DNA of 32,000 bases from positions 630,001 through 662,000 of the forward strand of contig NZ_CP045921.1 in assembly GCF_025273655.1 (NCBI RefSeq). Reading direction: 5' to 3'. Source of the DNA: Candidatus Saccharimonadota bacterium. Lineage in GTDB: Bacteria; Patescibacteriota; Saccharimonadia; Saccharimonadales; Saccharimonadaceae. The position numbers were made by a program, and so were the translations under genes. Shown here in pieces: positions 29,836 to 32,000 of this stretch (position 1 is the stretch's first letter; every line of letters begins with the position of its first letter). Under the pieces are notes generated by a model. It was not told the DNA's origin and did no database searches. It worked only from the letters and a program-made list of their open reading frames with translations.

Positions 29836-31213
29836 GCGTAATCTCCTGTCCATCGCGTGCAATAGCCAGTACCGATGCATCGGCTTTACGTTTACCAATT
29901 ACCTGCAAACCTACAGGTAGATTTTCGTCGGTTCGGCCAATCGGCACGCTCACTGCCGGGAGACCCGCTAGGCTTGCAGGTACTGTCATAACATCTTCAA
30001 GATACATTTTGAGCGGATCATCGGTGTTTTCGCCAATTTTAAACGCCGGATTTGGTGCAACCGGACCTATCAGTGCATCGTACGTTTCAAACAACTCGTT
30101 AAACTCTCGTATGAGCAGTGTACGTGCCTTTTGCGCCTTTTGGTAATACGCATCGAAGAACCCGCTCGAAAGTACATAGCTCCCGATGATAATACGACGC
30201 TTGTTTTCTGGCATAAAACCAGCCTGACGGCTCAGCTCATACACGTCATTCAAGTTTCCCTCTTTGCCCGCACGGGTACCGTAGCGTACACCATCATAAC
30301 GTGCCAGATTACTACTAATCTCAGCTGGCACCACAATATAATAGATCGCTAGTGCGTATTTGAGCATGGGCAGGCTCACTTTTTCGATCTCGTAACCTTG
30401 CTGCTTGTAACGCTCAATTGCCGCCTCTACACATGCGCGCACCGCGGCGTCCACGCCTTCAGCCATAAACTCTTTGATAACACCAAGCTTTTTGCCGCTT
30501 GGGGCTACCTGTGGCGCGAAATAGTCGGGCAATGTCGTCATATCTCGAGCATCACGACCAGCCAATATACTCATCAGCGTCTCCGTGTCCTCGACCGACT
30601 TTGTCAGTACGCCGACCGTGTCTGTGCCGCTCGCCATCGCCACGACACCGTAGCGACTTACCGCACCGTAGGTCGGCTTAATACCGACAACACCATTGAA
30701 ACTTGCAGGTTGACGAATCGAGCCACCCGTATCAGTGCCAAGTGCAAACGGCACAATATCAAGCGCCACAGCTACTGCCGATCCGCCGCTTGAGCCACCA
30801 GCGACGCGCGCATCGTCAACAGCATTTTTTGTCATACCAAACGCAGAGTTCTCCGTACTACCGCCGTGGGCAAATGCGTCAAGATTCACTTTACCGATAC
30901 AGATTGCACCTTCTGCTTCAAGCTTCTCAATCGCTGTAGCCTGGAGCGGTGCTTCGAAATGCTCTAGGAATTTACTCGCTGCTGTAGTAGGCGCGCCGTA
31001 GCTCAAAAAGTTGTCTTTAGCGACAAACGGCACTCCGGCCAAGCGACCAGTGATATCACCTGCGTCTACTGCTCGAGCGCGTTCGAGAGCACGTTCGCCC
31101 GCAAGATTGATGAAAACGTTATGCGTGTCTGCCTCGGCGCGCGCAAGCGCTGCTTCGACAGCCATGACAGCAGAAGTATCCGCAATCTGAGTGAGAGTAT
31201 CTGAAATCTTCAT
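29828..31213 (-). CDS. gatA: Glu-tRNA(Gln) amidotransferase subunit A
   Basis: Amidase signature GGSSGGSAVAVA, catalytic VAKDNF, and GTDTGGSIRQPAS. The gene starts 2 nt after the gatC stop. Confidence 0.97.
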   Translation of the reverse strand: MKISDTLTQIADTSAVMAVEAALARAEADTHNVFINLAGERALERARAVDAGDITGRLAGVPFVAKDNFLSYGAPTTAASKFLEHFEAPLQATAIEKLEAEGAICIGKVNLDAFAHGGSTENSAFGMTKNAVDDARVAGGSSGGSAVAVALDIVPFALGTDTGGSIRQPASFNGVVGIKPTYGAVSRYGVVAMASGTDTVGVLTKSVEDTETLMSILAGRDARDMTTLPDYFAPQVAPSGKKLGVIKEFMAEGVDAAVRACVEAAIERYKQQGYEIEKVSLPMLKYALAIYYIVVPAEISSNLARYDGVRYGTRAGKEGNLNDVYELSRQAGFMPENKRRIIIGSYVLSSGFFDAYYQKAQKARTLLIREFNELFETYDALIGPVAPNPAFKIGENTDDPLKMYLEDVMTVPASLAGLPAVSVPIGRTDENLPVGLQVIGKRKADASVLAIARDGQEITHG

Positions 31214-31215
31214 AG

Positions 31216-31509
31216 CTACAATACCTTTGGTACCTTAAACTGCTGCGCCAGCTGACCGCCCTCGGACAATCCAATCAGTTTCTCGCGCGTCACTTCGCCC
31301 TGCACGATCATATCGTCCCGCGATACGTTTTCGAGGTCCATGCCATAATATGTAGGTTCCACGCCATCGGTATCAAGCTCACCAAGGAGCGTGAAATACT
31401 CGAGTATACGCTCGAGATCAGTTGTAAGTTTATCGGCTTCCTCGTCATTAAGACGCAAGCTACTAAGCTGTGCGAGAGCCCGCACATCGTCTGTGGAGAT
31501 ACTTGTCAT
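31216..31509 (-). CDS. gatC: Asp/Glu-tRNA amidotransferase subunit C
   Basis: 97 aa with DVRALAQLSSLRLNDEEADKLTTDLERILEYF, typical of GatC. It is the first gene of the gatCAB operon. Confidence 0.9.
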   Translation of the reverse strand: MTSISTDDVRALAQLSSLRLNDEEADKLTTDLERILEYFTLLGELDTDGVEPTYYGMDLENVSRDDMIVQGEVTREKLIGLSEGGQLAQQFKVPKVL

Positions 31510-31516
31510 ACAGTCT

Positions 31517-31522
31517 ATTGTA
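31517..31522 (-). promoter_or_regulatory. -10 element (TACAAT) 7 nt upstream of the gatC ATG; a leaderless mRNA is implied
   Basis: The minus strand reads TACAAT-AGACTGT-ATG(31509). There is no SD. The putative -35 region overlaps the stop of the upstream ORF. Confidence 0.45.
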
Positions 31523-31551
31523 GCGCACTGCCGAGTGAGATGAAACAGTCT

Positions 31552-31950
31552 CTATTGCTGAGTTGGAGGCTGGAGTGGCCATGTCTGTCCAGGAGCATTC
31601 TCAGTAGGCGGCTGCGTCTGGGGCTGAGCGTAAGGCTGAGCGCCGTTTACCGGACTTGAAACTGGATTTTGCACAGATGGCTGTTGCCCATACGGCTGCG
31701 GTTGTGCCGGAGGCTGCCAATTGGTCGGCTGCGGCATAGTAGACTGCGGAGCAATTGTTTGTGGCTGCACAGGCACCTGCTGTCGCCATTGGTTCGGATC
31801 GATATACTGCCCACCCGCCATCTGACCATACTGTGTCTCGGTATGCGGACGAATGATGAATTTGAGCGCTATATAGACTAGCCCGAGCAGCACCAATATG
31901 CCAGCCGCGATCACACTCATCATCTGCAAGACTCCAACCACCGTGTTCAT
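31552..31950 (-). CDS. Membrane-anchored Pro/Gln-rich low-complexity protein
   Basis: A TM helix (VIAAGILVLLGLVYIALKFII) is followed by ~90 aa of P/Q-rich sequence (QPQ repeats). The reading frame stays open upstream of ATG 31950 to the window edge, so the true start may lie beyond nt 32000. Confidence 0.5.
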   Translation of the reverse strand: MNTVVGVLQMMSVIAAGILVLLGLVYIALKFIIRPHTETQYGQMAGGQYIDPNQWRQQVPVQPQTIAPQSTMPQPTNWQPPAQPQPYGQQPSVQNPVSSPVNGAQPYAQPQTQPPTENAPGQTWPLQPPTQQ

Positions 31951-32000
31951 GGTGGATGTGTCTGTCGCCGTGCCATACTGAGACTTACTGTAATCGGCGT

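Noticed and set aside
1-32000. CRISPR arrays, IS elements/transposases, integrases, prophage or toxin-antitoxin/defence islands, rRNA/tRNA genes, and stop-codon recoding (UGA as sense)
   Set aside because: There are no spaced direct repeats, no terminal inverted repeats flanking an ORF, and no recombinase-like translations in any frame. All long family-assignable ORFs are intact under the standard code and end in TAA, TAG or TGA, so no recoding is needed.

Overview
This 32 kb window is very gene-dense and uses the standard genetic code. I support 30 CDSs, 22 of them on the minus strand. Most intergenic gaps are under 120 nt and several genes overlap. I found no rRNA, tRNA, CRISPR array, transposase/integrase, prophage or recognisable defence island.

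The content is core housekeeping:
- the 3' part of a class A PBP
- a clpC - (HExxH membrane protein) - radA - yacL-like (PIN/TRAM) operon
- nusA
- a PfkB kinase fused to a class I fructose-bisphosphate aldolase
- a secreted HNH/DUF1524-type nuclease
- pepN-tsaC
- an RNase HII::YraN fusion
- rplS
- a lone pilB/gspE-type ATPase
- a SpoU/TrmH methyltransferase
- nrdH
- dnaE
- a DUF948/YtxH pair
- galU
- a gatC-gatA-(small membrane protein)-gatB operon

The compactness, the gene fusions and the gene set suggest a streamlined Patescibacteria/CPR genome, most plausibly Saccharibacteria (TM7)-like. That placement is inference only.

I do not see a convincing novel multi-gene system. The signals most worth a second look are:
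- (1) the kinase::aldolase fusion
- (2) a recurrent promoter layout, an extended -10 (TGnTAnnnT) sitting 6-8 nt from the ATG with no Shine-Dalgarno, which implies leaderless mRNAs for about a third of the transcription units
- (3) a near-consensus CIRCE (HrcA) operator over the clpC promoter
- (4) a terminator-like attenuator in the nusA leader
- (5) NrdR-box-like palindromes in front of an orphan, compositionally foreign nrdH
- (6) a membrane-anchored protein with an RNxxAH (HEPN-like) motif translationally coupled inside gatCAB
- (7) an HExxH/coiled-coil membrane protein inserted into the clpC-radA cluster

All functional calls rest on motifs I recognise in the translations. No database search was possible.
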